From assembly GCA_016845065.1 (NCBI GenBank), contig JAERTG010000023.1, positions 54,055 to 118,054 on the forward strand: DNA of 64,000 nt, written 5' to 3'. This document shows, one piece after another, positions 9,432-18,147 of the stretch; position 1 is the stretch's first letter; the number at the start of each line of letters is the position of its first letter. The position numbers were made by a program, and so were the translations under genes. The notes beneath the pieces were generated by a model, which made no database searches, was not told the DNA's origin, and saw only the letters and a program-made list of their open reading frames with translations. The DNA is from Fidelibacterota bacterium (GTDB lineage Bacteria > Fidelibacterota > UBA8477 > JABMPR01).

Positions 9432-10967
9432 ATGCTGGCACGCGTTTTAAGCAGTTCACTAATTGGAATAGACCCATATCTGGTCGAAGTGGAGGTTAAT
9501 GTTGAGGGCCACGCCTTCCGCTACTCAACTGTCGGACTGCCAGAATTGGCGGTAAGAGAAAGTAAAGACAGGGTGATATCTGCCATTAAGAATAGTGGGT
9601 TCAGATTCCCACCCAAGGCATATACAATAAATCTTGCACCTGCTGATATTAAAAAAGAGGGATCAGCCTTTGACCTCCCCATTGCCATTGGCATTCTCGC
9701 TGCCTTGGGGATAGTTATTCATGAAGATCTCGAGGATTATGTACTCATGGGTGAATTGTCCCTGGATGGGACTCTACGGGGCGTAAAAGGGGCTCTACCC
9801 TCAGCAGTAGGGGTACATGAGCATGAGATGAAGGGACTCATCCTACCTGCTCAGAATGCCCGTGAGGCTGCTGTAACTGGGAACATCGATGTCATACCGG
9901 TTAACACCCTGTTAGAGGCCATCCGCTTTCTCAATGGTGAACAATTAATTGAGCCTGTTGAGGTCAATGCGAATCAATTGTTTTCCGAAGCACAGTCTTA
10001 TCCTGTTGATCTGGCTGATGTCAGAGGTCAGGCTCATGTGAAGCGTGCACTTGAGGTGGCTGCAGCCGGAGGACATAACGTCCTCATGATAGGTCCTCCC
10101 GGTTCTGGAAAAACCATGCTGGCTAAACGATTTCCGACCATTCTGCCACAAATGACTCTGGATGAAGCCCTGGAAACCACTAAGATTCATTCTATTGCAG
10201 GGATGGTTAAGACTGAAGGACTAGTTGCTACAAGACCATTCAGATCACCCCATCATACCATTTCCGATGCTGCATTGGTTGGTGGCGGACGAATTCCACG
10301 ACCTGGAGAGGTGAGCTTGGCGCATCACGGTGTCCTTTTTCTGGATGAGTTACCTGAGTTTCAGAAAAATGTCCTGGAGGTGTTACGACAGCCCCTTGAA
10401 AACACTGAAGTTACTATCAGTCGGGCCAGTATGAGTCTTACATACCCTGCTAATTTCATCCTTTTGAGTGCCATGAATCCCTGCCCATGTGGTTACAGCA
10501 GTGATCCAAGACATGAGTGTACCTGCAGTAGTGTGGGTATCCAAAAGTATATGGCCAAAATATCTGGTCCTTTGCTAGACAGAATTGACCTTCATATTGA
10601 AGTTCCTGCCATTCCTTTTGAGGAGCTATCCAGCAAACAAGATGGAGAATCATCGTATGATGTAAGAGAACGCGTCCAAATGGCCAAAGATACCCAAATC
10701 AAACGCTTTGAAAATGAGCCCCATATTCATTCCAATGCTGATATGCCTCCCAAAATGATTAGGGGTCTCTGCAAAGTTGATGGTGATTCCGCTTCCTTGC
10801 TCAAATCCGCTATCTCAAACCTGGGTTTGAGTGCTCGCGCCTATGACCGTATTCTCAAGGTCTCGCGGACTATTGCTGATTTATCTGGGCGTCCAAACAT
10901 AAGTGCTGAGCATATATCAGAAGCCATACAGTATCGGACTCTGGATCGGCAGCTTTGGATGGCGTAG
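9432..10967 (+). CDS. comM: YifB/ComM Mg-chelatase-like AAA+ ATPase
   Basis: VGLPELAVRESKDRV, INLAPADIKKEGSAFDLPIA, GPPGSGKT, RPFRSPHH, LFLDELPEF, AMNPCPCG, SARAYDRILKVSRTIADL. Confidence 0.95.
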   Translation: MLARVLSSSLIGIDPYLVEVEVNVEGHAFRYSTVGLPELAVRESKDRVISAIKNSGFRFPPKAYTINLAPADIKKEGSAFDLPIAIGILAALGIVIHEDLEDYVLMGELSLDGTLRGVKGALPSAVGVHEHEMKGLILPAQNAREAAVTGNIDVIPVNTLLEAIRFLNGEQLIEPVEVNANQLFSEAQSYPVDLADVRGQAHVKRALEVAAAGGHNVLMIGPPGSGKTMLAKRFPTILPQMTLDEALETTKIHSIAGMVKTEGLVATRPFRSPHHTISDAALVGGGRIPRPGEVSLAHHGVLFLDELPEFQKNVLEVLRQPLENTEVTISRASMSLTYPANFILLSAMNPCPCGYSSDPRHECTCSSVGIQKYMAKISGPLLDRIDLHIEVPAIPFEELSSKQDGESSYDVRERVQMAKDTQIKRFENEPHIHSNADMPPKMIRGLCKVDGDSASLLKSAISNLGLSARAYDRILKVSRTIADLSGRPNISAEHISEAIQYRTLDRQLWMA

Positions 10968-10970
10968 TAG

Positions 10971-13900
10971 TCATAGGGTTTTTGGATTGGGTGGAGATAA
11001 CGTTTTTTGGCTCCCATGGTGCAGCATTTTTGCCTGAGGACGACCGATTTGGCGTGCCACTTTAACTTTATCAAGAAACTCTATATGCTTGACTGTCAGA
11101 GAGATGGCCCCGAAGTCCTCTTCTACAAGGCCATGCAGTAGATACGGGCGAGCATTACTGAGCATGCGACAAAATTTCCGATAAACCTCTGGGAAGAACA
11201 CAGTCTCGTATATGGCCGTGGTGTCCTCAAAGCTGATGAATTCCATGGGCTCATCGTTCTTTGTGTGAACCACTTTCCCTGTGATAAGCCACCCAATAAC
11301 AGGAATCTCCTTCCCAACATACTTCCGTAGATCACAGGCCTGTACATAGGACAGATGCTGCAACAGCTTTGTGTATAGGCTTAAGGGGTGCCGAGAAATA
11401 AGGAAACCCAGGACGTCAGCCTCATGTATGAGCATTGTTTTTTCAGAATATGCTCCTGTGTCAGGGATATAGTAACTGTCTTGCTCATTTAGATCCAGCA
11501 AGGATGCTGGTTTCTCCCGACGACGCTGGCTGGCTCTGGCCTGATAGAGCTGCCACATGAGTTTGGGACGCGCTTCCATGCCTTCTACCCCATCAAAAGC
11601 GCCAGCTTTGATGAGAATACGGACATCAGACTGATCTAATTCAGGCATACGCCTCAGAAATGTCTCAAATGACAGAAATCGACCATTGGATTCACGTTCA
11701 GCAACAATGTACTCCAAAGCAGCCCGCTTAATCCCCTTCAGTTGCATAAACCCAATCTGCACCCAATCATTCAGACCAGTATGTCGGATCTCTGAGTTAT
11801 TGATGCTGGGCAGCAAAACTTTCAAGCCAAGCCGACGTGCCTCAGAGTAATAGCCAAAGGTAGAGTAGTAGCCACCCAGGTTGGTCATGACCGATGCGAT
11901 AAACTCCGCTGGATAGTGGGCTTTCAGATAGGCCGATTTAAATGATACCAAAGCATATGAGGCGGAATGAGGTTTACAAAAAGAGTATCCTGAAAAGGAC
12001 ATTATCATTTCCCAGAGTGTCTCGATAATGCTGTCTTCTACGCCATTCTTGCGTGCTCCACTGACAAATTTCTCACAATAATCACGGAGCTTGGCCTCTT
12101 TGTGCTTCTTGGACATAACCTTACGTAATTCGTTACCTTCATCTGCGCTAAAACCGGCAAGACGCATGGCAACCTTGGTTACGTCCTCCTGGTATACCAT
12201 TATACCATAGGTCTCTTTGAGGGTTTGATCAAGTAAGGGATGAAGCGGATCATAGTCACCACCATGGAGGCGACGGACAAATTCTCTGATCCATTTGTTG
12301 GCTGCTGGTCGGATGATACTGGAGGCAATGACCAGGTTTTCATAATCACCGGTTTGCATCTTGCTCAGCAGTTGGCGAGTCGCTGGTGACTCTACATAGA
12401 AGCAGCCCATAGTACGGGCAGTACGGATAAGCTCCTGCGTCCGTAAATCTTCCAGGGGATTAAGCTTCCAGTATGGTATATCCACACCATAGTGTTCATG
12501 GACATCGGCTAGGATATCTCGAATCACAGCCAGTGAACGGTTGCCAAGGAGATCAATTTTGATCAACCCAAAGTCTTCTGCCTGATCTTTCTCCCACTGG
12601 ATGATCTGAACCCCTTTGGGCGCACGCTGAATGGGTACATAGCTGCGGATTTCCTGGGGTGTCAGGACAACTCCCCCGGGATGTACACTCAAATGCCTGG
12701 GAAACCCCGCAAGATAGAAGCCATTACGGATTATCTCAGGCCAGGGATCCTTGAGGTCAAGATCACTGAGCAAGGGATTGCTGGCCAGCTCCTCAAACGG
12801 ATCGCTGACATACCAGAGATGGGACAGACGCTTGGTTACAATGCCAATCTCACTCTCAGTCAAACCATGTACCTTGGCAACCTCCCGAATGGCAGCTCGC
12901 GCCTTGAAGGTCACATGATTACAGATCATGGCTGAATGGGAATCACCATAGGTATCAAAGGTATACTGCAAAACATCGTCACGAGTGTCCCAGGGAAAAT
13001 CCACATCAATATCTGGTGGGTCTTTGCGCCCAGGTGACAGGAAACGTTCAAAGAAGAGATTATGGCGAATGGGATCGACATGAGTGATTTTTAGTGTATA
13101 GGCAACAATACTTGCAGCAGCACTCCCCCGCCCGCAAGTGATTGGTGACTGCTTGACGATATCCTGAACTGTGAGGAAGTAATTGGAAAAGCGTTTCTCC
13201 TTAACGGTTTTTAGCTCGTGCTCAATGCGGTCTCGGATGTGATCTGTCATGTTGCCATAGCGTTCCTGAGCACCCAGGTAGACTCGATTCTTGAGTTCCT
13301 GATAGTCCCTGCTATCATTTGAGTCAGGAAAAATAAAGTTGTCCAGTGGTGGCCTCCAGCGACATTTCTCAGCAATCTCTCTGGTACGATCCAGGGCTTC
13401 CTCTGCAAAGGGCAGTACATCAAGTGTTTCAGCACGACTATGGAGGTAGTTATCAATAGGAATGAGCTCTTCTTCAGGCAAGCGTGACAGTTTGGTATTC
13501 AGGTTGATGGCGCGCATGATACGATGGAGTTGATGTCCCCGTGGCGAGCCCATGTAGGCGGGGATGTTGGCCACAGTTGGGAAACCTTTCTCACGAGCCC
13601 AATGGTACAAGCTGTAACTCCCTGATTCCAGAGAGACATACACATCCCTGGAGCGGTAAGCCTCTAGCAGATCGCGATCCTGGGTCAGCATGACTAACCC
13701 TTCCAGGCGTCCTGTGAGACGCTTAAGTAAATCGAAGTCTTCTTCAGCGTGACGCTGACTGATGAGGCGACAGAGGTTGGAGTAACCTGTGATATCTTTG
13801 ACCAATAGAACAGACTTGCGTTTCTGCGCATCATCCAATGTTGCCCCAACAATCATATCCAGACCCCGCTCCAGTGCTGTCTGATAGAGGAAAACCATAC

Positions 13901-14030
13901 CATAGAGGTTATTGGTGTCAGCAATGGCAAATTTCGTGTAGCCCTTTTTGACCACAAAATCGCAGAGATGTTTGGGAGAAAGCGTTCCCCTGAGTAAAGA
14001 GTAATGGCTATGGACTTCGAGAGGGATCAT
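10971..14030 (-). CDS. dnaE2: Error-prone DNA polymerase III alpha subunit (DnaE2/ImuC type)
   Basis: PHP start HSHYSLL, GRGSAA, FFERFLS, catalytic PPDIDVDF, SVHPGG, KIDLLG, GYSFCKPHS, C-terminal OB fold. Likely start MIPLEVH at 14030; the ORF track extends to 14081. Lies in an operon with lexA and a PolY gene. Confidence 0.9.
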   Translation of the reverse strand: MIPLEVHSHYSLLRGTLSPKHLCDFVVKKGYTKFAIADTNNLYGMVFLYQTALERGLDMIVGATLDDAQKRKSVLLVKDITGYSNLCRLISQRHAEEDFDLLKRLTGRLEGLVMLTQDRDLLEAYRSRDVYVSLESGSYSLYHWAREKGFPTVANIPAYMGSPRGHQLHRIMRAINLNTKLSRLPEEELIPIDNYLHSRAETLDVLPFAEEALDRTREIAEKCRWRPPLDNFIFPDSNDSRDYQELKNRVYLGAQERYGNMTDHIRDRIEHELKTVKEKRFSNYFLTVQDIVKQSPITCGRGSAAASIVAYTLKITHVDPIRHNLFFERFLSPGRKDPPDIDVDFPWDTRDDVLQYTFDTYGDSHSAMICNHVTFKARAAIREVAKVHGLTESEIGIVTKRLSHLWYVSDPFEELASNPLLSDLDLKDPWPEIIRNGFYLAGFPRHLSVHPGGVVLTPQEIRSYVPIQRAPKGVQIIQWEKDQAEDFGLIKIDLLGNRSLAVIRDILADVHEHYGVDIPYWKLNPLEDLRTQELIRTARTMGCFYVESPATRQLLSKMQTGDYENLVIASSIIRPAANKWIREFVRRLHGGDYDPLHPLLDQTLKETYGIMVYQEDVTKVAMRLAGFSADEGNELRKVMSKKHKEAKLRDYCEKFVSGARKNGVEDSIIETLWEMIMSFSGYSFCKPHSASYALVSFKSAYLKAHYPAEFIASVMTNLGGYYSTFGYYSEARRLGLKVLLPSINNSEIRHTGLNDWVQIGFMQLKGIKRAALEYIVAERESNGRFLSFETFLRRMPELDQSDVRILIKAGAFDGVEGMEARPKLMWQLYQARASQRRREKPASLLDLNEQDSYYIPDTGAYSEKTMLIHEADVLGFLISRHPLSLYTKLLQHLSYVQACDLRKYVGKEIPVIGWLITGKVVHTKNDEPMEFISFEDTTAIYETVFFPEVYRKFCRMLSNARPYLLHGLVEEDFGAISLTVKHIEFLDKVKVARQIGRPQAKMLHHGSQKTLSPPNPKTL

Positions 14031-14031
14031 A

Positions 14032-14406
14032 TCATTGGAGTCCGCTGTCAGGATGTGGCTGGATAGATCTCTGATAAGCAATCAATTTTGGTCTTAAAGC
14101 ATCATAGCCACGCTCAAAGCGTTTTACCTCGGACTCCTGCAGATATTTGAGTTCCCTGGCAACCAGTAGCTGGGCATAAATCTCATTCAGAGCCCCCAGG
14201 GCAACATCTACGGCGTGCTGACGATCCTTGGTCGTACGTCTGGAGGTTCCCTCTGCCAGAATAGCCGGGATACTCACTGCAGCACGTTGAAGCTCAGCAG
14301 TCATCCCCAAACGCTCTTTATCCGGGAATTGTGAGGTAATTGTATAAATGTATTTGGCCATGAGTATTGCACGCTGGAAGACATCCAGCCCCTTGAAGGT
14401 TGCCAT
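14032..14406 (-). CDS. Four-helix-bundle protein (23S rRNA-IVP / Avd-like family)
   Basis: FKGLDVFQRA...IY.IT..FP..E..G.T.EL.RAAVSIP..LAEG..R.T.KD......ALG.L.E...QL. Confidence 0.88.
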   Translation of the reverse strand: MATFKGLDVFQRAILMAKYIYTITSQFPDKERLGMTAELQRAAVSIPAILAEGTSRRTTKDRQHAVDVALGALNEIYAQLLVARELKYLQESEVKRFERGYDALRPKLIAYQRSIQPHPDSGLQ

Positions 14407-14407
14407 C

Positions 14408-15631
14408 CTATGCCCTGACTGGACTGTGTATGATACTGTTTCTGGTATCCAGTGCTACGGGCTCTGTGAGTCCAAACCGTATGACAGGATAACCATGTCG
14501 GGCTCGCAGCTTGTCCATGGCCTGATGCAAATCGCCATGTTTGGCAGCATCTGGATCAATCGCCCTGGAAAAGAGACTGATCTGTTGGGCAGCCTGTATG
14601 AGATTCTCAAAACCAATGGAGAGATAGCGGACTCGAGTACGCCGTTCAAAGAGTTGCTCAAAGATTTTCCGGGTATGATAGAACATGAGATATTCTTTGT
14701 GTGTTGCCTCAGGAAGGCGCACAGTACGCGTAGCAATCTTGCTGTCAGAATAGCGGCAAAAGATGCGAAAGCTATTGACCTTCTTGTTCTTCTGACGCAA
14801 ACGGGTGCAACCACTTTCAATGAGGTAATAGACAACTCCCATAATCAATTGATCATCGTTGCTATCCTCACTGAAGGTGTACTCCTCTTTTATCTCTAAA
14901 CGCTGCTCAGGAGGCATTACAGGGCTTAGATCAATACCCAGAGCCCTCTGATGCAAGGTCAGGGCATTCTTACCGATGACCAGAATCAACTTATTGATGG
15001 GAACTGCTGCCAGCATACCGATACTGGTCAGATTCAATTCTTCCAGAAGTACCTGATCGGTGCTATGACCAATACCTGGTAGCATCTTGAGTTCCAGAGG
15101 ATCCAGAAAGGTGCGTTCGTTACCAGGTAGAACATCAAATAGTTCAGCATATTGACGGATGTAACGAGCTGCCACAGATGAAACCAGTTTGTTGACAGAG
15201 ATACCGATACTGGAAGTCAGACGAAATGATTCGCGAATATCCTTGTGAATGCGATAGGCACTGTCCTTGATGCGTCCCAGCAAGCGTGTGGTACCCGTCA
15301 TATCAATGGCAACCTGCCCATAGCGGATGGGTTCAACATAGGGTGAATACCGAGAAACCTGGCTGGTAATGGCATTCATTGCGCGTTGGTAAAGTTCTGG
15401 ATTGGAATCCACTACGATAAGACGATGTTCCAGCTTAAGCGCCTGTCCCAAAAGCATACCCCGGTGTATGCCTTCCTGACGGGCTTCTCCAGAAGCCGAT
15501 AACACGATTGCCCGTCCTCCAGATCCAGATGCCACTACCACAGGTCGATCTCGATAACTGCTATGGACAGCCTGTTCTACCGTAGCTGGAAATGATGGAA
15601 CTTCTATGTGTAGAACATCTTTCATGGTCAA
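14408..15631 (-). CDS. imuB: ImuB-like, probably catalytically inactive Y-family polymerase
   Basis: IMS fold (RPVVV, SASGEAR.EGI.RGM, SIGIS.NKL, LPGIG). The DinB catalytic motifs are degenerate (HIEVPSF for HIDMDAF; RYGQVAID for SIDEAYLD). Beta-clamp motif QISLF. Start TTG 15631 or ATG 15625. Confidence 0.85.
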   Translation of the reverse strand: MTMKDVLHIEVPSFPATVEQAVHSSYRDRPVVVASGSGGRAIVLSASGEARQEGIHRGMLLGQALKLEHRLIVVDSNPELYQRAMNAITSQVSRYSPYVEPIRYGQVAIDMTGTTRLLGRIKDSAYRIHKDIRESFRLTSSIGISVNKLVSSVAARYIRQYAELFDVLPGNERTFLDPLELKMLPGIGHSTDQVLLEELNLTSIGMLAAVPINKLILVIGKNALTLHQRALGIDLSPVMPPEQRLEIKEEYTFSEDSNDDQLIMGVVYYLIESGCTRLRQKNKKVNSFRIFCRYSDSKIATRTVRLPEATHKEYLMFYHTRKIFEQLFERRTRVRYLSIGFENLIQAAQQISLFSRAIDPDAAKHGDLHQAMDKLRARHGYPVIRFGLTEPVALDTRNSIIHSPVRA

Positions 15632-15638
15632 AAGTCCC

Positions 15639-15706
15639 AGAGTTGAAGGTCAAAGGATAAAAAGCAGAAATGAGGATTCAGAGAACAGGAAGTAAACAGT
15701 ACTTCC
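15639..15706. repeat. Degenerate 7-bp periodic array (9 units) ending in a hairpin
   Basis: AGAGTTG AAGGTCA AAGGATA AAAAGCA GAAATGA GGATTCA GAGAACA GGAAGTA AACAGTA; hairpin GGAAGTA-AACAG-TACTTCC. Confidence 0.6.
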
Positions 15707-15718
15707 CTGAGAGCAAAT

Positions 15719-15925
15719 CTAACCGGCCAGGCGGTTGGTGGCGGCAATCTCATAGTGAATCACAGGAGCTGCTGGACGGACAGGCCTGGTTTGTTTCTTT
15801 GGTGCAGGGACAGTGGCCGAAAGCCCAGCTACTCCATGGGATACTGAGGACAATACGGCTCTGGTTCTTCCCCGGGGACCACGAAACAGGCTGGAGACGG
15901 GCTGAGGTATTGAGTTGTATCGCAT
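15719..15925 (-). CDS. Small basic Pro/Arg-rich hypothetical protein (68 aa) in the usual imuA position
   Basis: ATG preceded by AAAAGGA-TCACAT; co-oriented between lexA and imuB. Confidence 0.55.
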   Translation of the reverse strand: MRYNSIPQPVSSLFRGPRGRTRAVLSSVSHGVAGLSATVPAPKKQTRPVRPAAPVIHYEIAATNRLAG

Positions 15926-15956
15926 ATGTGATCCTTTTTGATGTTCGCTATTTTTG

Positions 15957-16565
15957 TTATGCCTGGTATTGCCTTAACAGACCGACAACAACACCTTTGA
16001 GTGCAAAGTCATCGTCTTCTTCCACCTGGATGGGTTGATACTGACCGGAACGATTGCATGGACGCAGTGTGACCCCACCAGAATGCAGATCCAGCTTTTT
16101 GACTGTGGCTTCTCCATTGATGGTGGCAACTACAATCTGACCGCTTTCAGCTTTGGGTTGGGGTTTTACAATGATAACATCACCATCTTCAATGTTGGCA
16201 TCCATCATGGAATCTCCACGAACCCGCAATGCAAAATTATTGGTTCCCTTGAGGAGATAACTCGGCACTTCTACTGGCTCAGGAATCTCAATCGCCTCAA
16301 TGGGAATACCAGCAGTGACCTGTCCCAGGATATCCAGAACAACCGTCTCTCCTACCAGACCAGTTAACCGAATATTGCGGGCAGCATTGCTCTTATCAAA
16401 GGAGATGTAGCCTCTTTCACGTAGAATATTCAGTTTCTTCTGGATAGAGAAATTGGAATTCAATCCAAAGAATTCCCGTATCTCAGAAATAGTTGGCGCC
16501 ATCTGATGGTTCTGAATGAACTGTGAGATGTATTCGTAGAGTTCGCGCTGTTTTTTGGTTAGCAT
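15957..16565 (-). CDS. lexA: SOS repressor LexA
   Basis: N-terminal wHTH (LTKKQ...PTISEI...G..S...L..L...GYI), A-G cleavage site (VTAGIP), VRGDSM serine and ATVKK lysine. Confidence 0.95.
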   Translation of the reverse strand: MLTKKQRELYEYISQFIQNHQMAPTISEIREFFGLNSNFSIQKKLNILRERGYISFDKSNAARNIRLTGLVGETVVLDILGQVTAGIPIEAIEIPEPVEVPSYLLKGTNNFALRVRGDSMMDANIEDGDVIIVKPQPKAESGQIVVATINGEATVKKLDLHSGGVTLRPCNRSGQYQPIQVEEDDDFALKGVVVGLLRQYQA

Positions 16566-16810
16566 GCTCTTACTCCATGGGTGACATCAACATATAAATT
16601 TGTGCTTTGTGTCTCACTATATCGTGCAACAGTAGCCAAAGCATCAGGTTGGAGAAACTCATGATCGACAGTCTTCTCTACCATGGTGGCAGGAGTTATG
16701 TCGACAAGATCAAAAACTTCTATGGCATGCTGAGTTAATCGTTCCCCACGCCCAAAGTTTCTACGATTCTGATGCAATTTCTTCTCGGTTTTCCATTCAG
16801 TATTCTTCAT
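16559..16810 (-). CDS. Hypothetical 83-aa protein, first gene of the lexA operon
   Basis: ATG at 16810 lies directly after the promoter, and its stop overlaps the lexA start by 7 nt. Confidence 0.55.
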   Translation of the reverse strand: MKNTEWKTEKKLHQNRRNFGRGERLTQHAIEVFDLVDITPATMVEKTVDHEFLQPDALATVARYSETQSTNLYVDVTHGVRAC

Positions 16811-16816
16811 GCATCC

Positions 16817-16845
16817 AATATAGGTGTACAAAAGGTGTATATCAA
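16817..16845 (-). promoter_or_regulatory. Sigma-70-type promoter with a candidate LexA operator in the spacer
   Basis: TTGATA-(17 nt TACACCTTTTGTACACC)-TATATT-GGATGC-ATG; direct repeat TACACCT with 11-bp period. Confidence 0.75.
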
Positions 16846-16866
16846 GTAAATGATGTATTTTGATAT

Positions 16867-16896
16867 AAAAAAAGCCCCGCAGAGGATGCGAGGCTT
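16867..16896 (-). terminator. Intrinsic terminator ending the giant-protein cluster
   Basis: AAGCCTCGCA-TCCTC-TGCGGGGCTT followed by a T-tract on the minus strand. Confidence 0.85.
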
Positions 16897-16919
16897 AGTA
16901 AAACGAGTGTAGCAAAGGG

Positions 16920-17501
16920 TTATTTAAATTCGATAGACACAATCCGCCCATTCATATCAAATACAGCAACACCATTGTCATAAAGCCAGACCTGATTGGT
17001 TTCATCTACAATGTATCTCTCAATGGGATCACCATACTGGCGATAAATACGTTCCTGATCAGAGCCTTTGATCAAAATGGGTGGTGCAGTATCGTTGCCC
17101 CCATTATCACCATTAGTCATAATACCATGTTCTTTCACCAGGGCCAATTCCTGCTCCATGGCTTCCAGATTGAGAACAATCGAGTCCAATTGAGCGACCA
17201 TACCTGGTGGCATACCTTTTCCACTGGAATTAACGGCTTTTTTCAGAATCTTGATCTGTTTCACGATGACAGGAATCTGCTTCCCAAGTTTGCTCTGATT
17301 TTTTTTGAGGGTGGCAACATCCTTTTCAAGCGCTTTAATTTTTGAGATTGCCATCTTCTGGAACTTATCATTCTTGTCAAAGAGTGTTTTAAGCTTTTGA
17401 TCCACTTCCGTATTAGCGGCATTGGATGAACAATTCCACATGAACATCGAAATCATGGTAAGCGTTAATAATATTTTCAGTGACTTCATCATTCTTCCCA
17501 T
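16920..17501 (-). CDS. Lipoprotein with coiled coil and small C-terminal alpha/beta (BamE/SmpA-like) domain
   Basis: Signal peptide with MWN-C lipobox, heptad-rich middle, and C-terminal G.D.E.I...YGDP.......WLY......FD..G.I..I. Confidence 0.75.
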   Translation of the reverse strand: MGRMMKSLKILLTLTMISMFMWNCSSNAANTEVDQKLKTLFDKNDKFQKMAISKIKALEKDVATLKKNQSKLGKQIPVIVKQIKILKKAVNSSGKGMPPGMVAQLDSIVLNLEAMEQELALVKEHGIMTNGDNGGNDTAPPILIKGSDQERIYRQYGDPIERYIVDETNQVWLYDNGVAVFDMNGRIVSIEFK

Positions 17502-17542
17502 CTTAGTGAACGTATTAACTCTGGTTGGCTAAACCAAAATAG

Positions 17543-18142
17543 CTATAAATCCTGTAATGTCTCGATCTTTTTAATGAGTTCTGCCCGTCCCTCATTGGTA
17601 GTGATATCAACCATAAAGTCCTCATCTAAATTCTGGACCCACGCAAGTGCAGCAGCGAAATCTCCCGTAGCATAATTTGCGGCGGCCAACATAATAGTGA
17701 TTTCGGCGTAATCTATGCGCCAGTTGTGGGTGAACTCGAAGACAGGTCGAAATTCAATGAGCTCTTCACCCCTAGAAATAGCCCTTACATAATCACCCGT
17801 GACATGATAGCTCAAGGCAATACCAGCCAGCATTTCAAAGCGAACCTGACTACTATCAATGGTGATGAGGTCAAGACCACTATTAAAGAAGGTGATTGCC
17901 GTATCCGGACTGTTAAACTCAATATAGCACCATCCAGCACCATTGTAACCATCTATGTACTGGGCATCCATATCCAGACCCTCCTGAAAATGAGCCAATG
18001 CACTTACGAACTCACGTTCAGCATATAAAGTCCATCCATATTCTACGAAATCATCGACTTCTGGTTCAATTTTCTCACGGCATCCAAAGAGACTCGTAAG
18101 TAGGATCAGCGCAAACAACCAATTCATTTTATTCATATTCAC
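17543..18142 (-). CDS. TPR-containing lipoprotein
   Basis: LFG-C lipobox; TPR-like helices (GW.LY...F..A...F...L; YNGAGWCY). Confidence 0.8.
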   Translation of the reverse strand: MNMNKMNWLFALILLTSLFGCREKIEPEVDDFVEYGWTLYAEREFVSALAHFQEGLDMDAQYIDGYNGAGWCYIEFNSPDTAITFFNSGLDLITIDSSQVRFEMLAGIALSYHVTGDYVRAISRGEELIEFRPVFEFTHNWRIDYAEITIMLAAANYATGDFAAALAWVQNLDEDFMVDITTNEGRAELIKKIETLQDL

Positions 18143-18147
18143 ACCTC

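Noticed and set aside
14032-14406. Diversity-generating retroelement suggested by the Avd-like protein
   Set aside because: No reverse transcriptase and no TR/VR pair with adenine-specific mismatches was seen in the window.
14408-15631. Active DNA polymerase IV (dinB)
   Set aside because: The catalytic Asp and Asp-Glu motifs are replaced, so ImuB-like is the better call.
9432-16900. SOS cassette as a mobile island integrated at comM
   Set aside because: comM is intact, and no integrase, recombinase or flanking direct repeats were seen. There is only a tentative GC difference.
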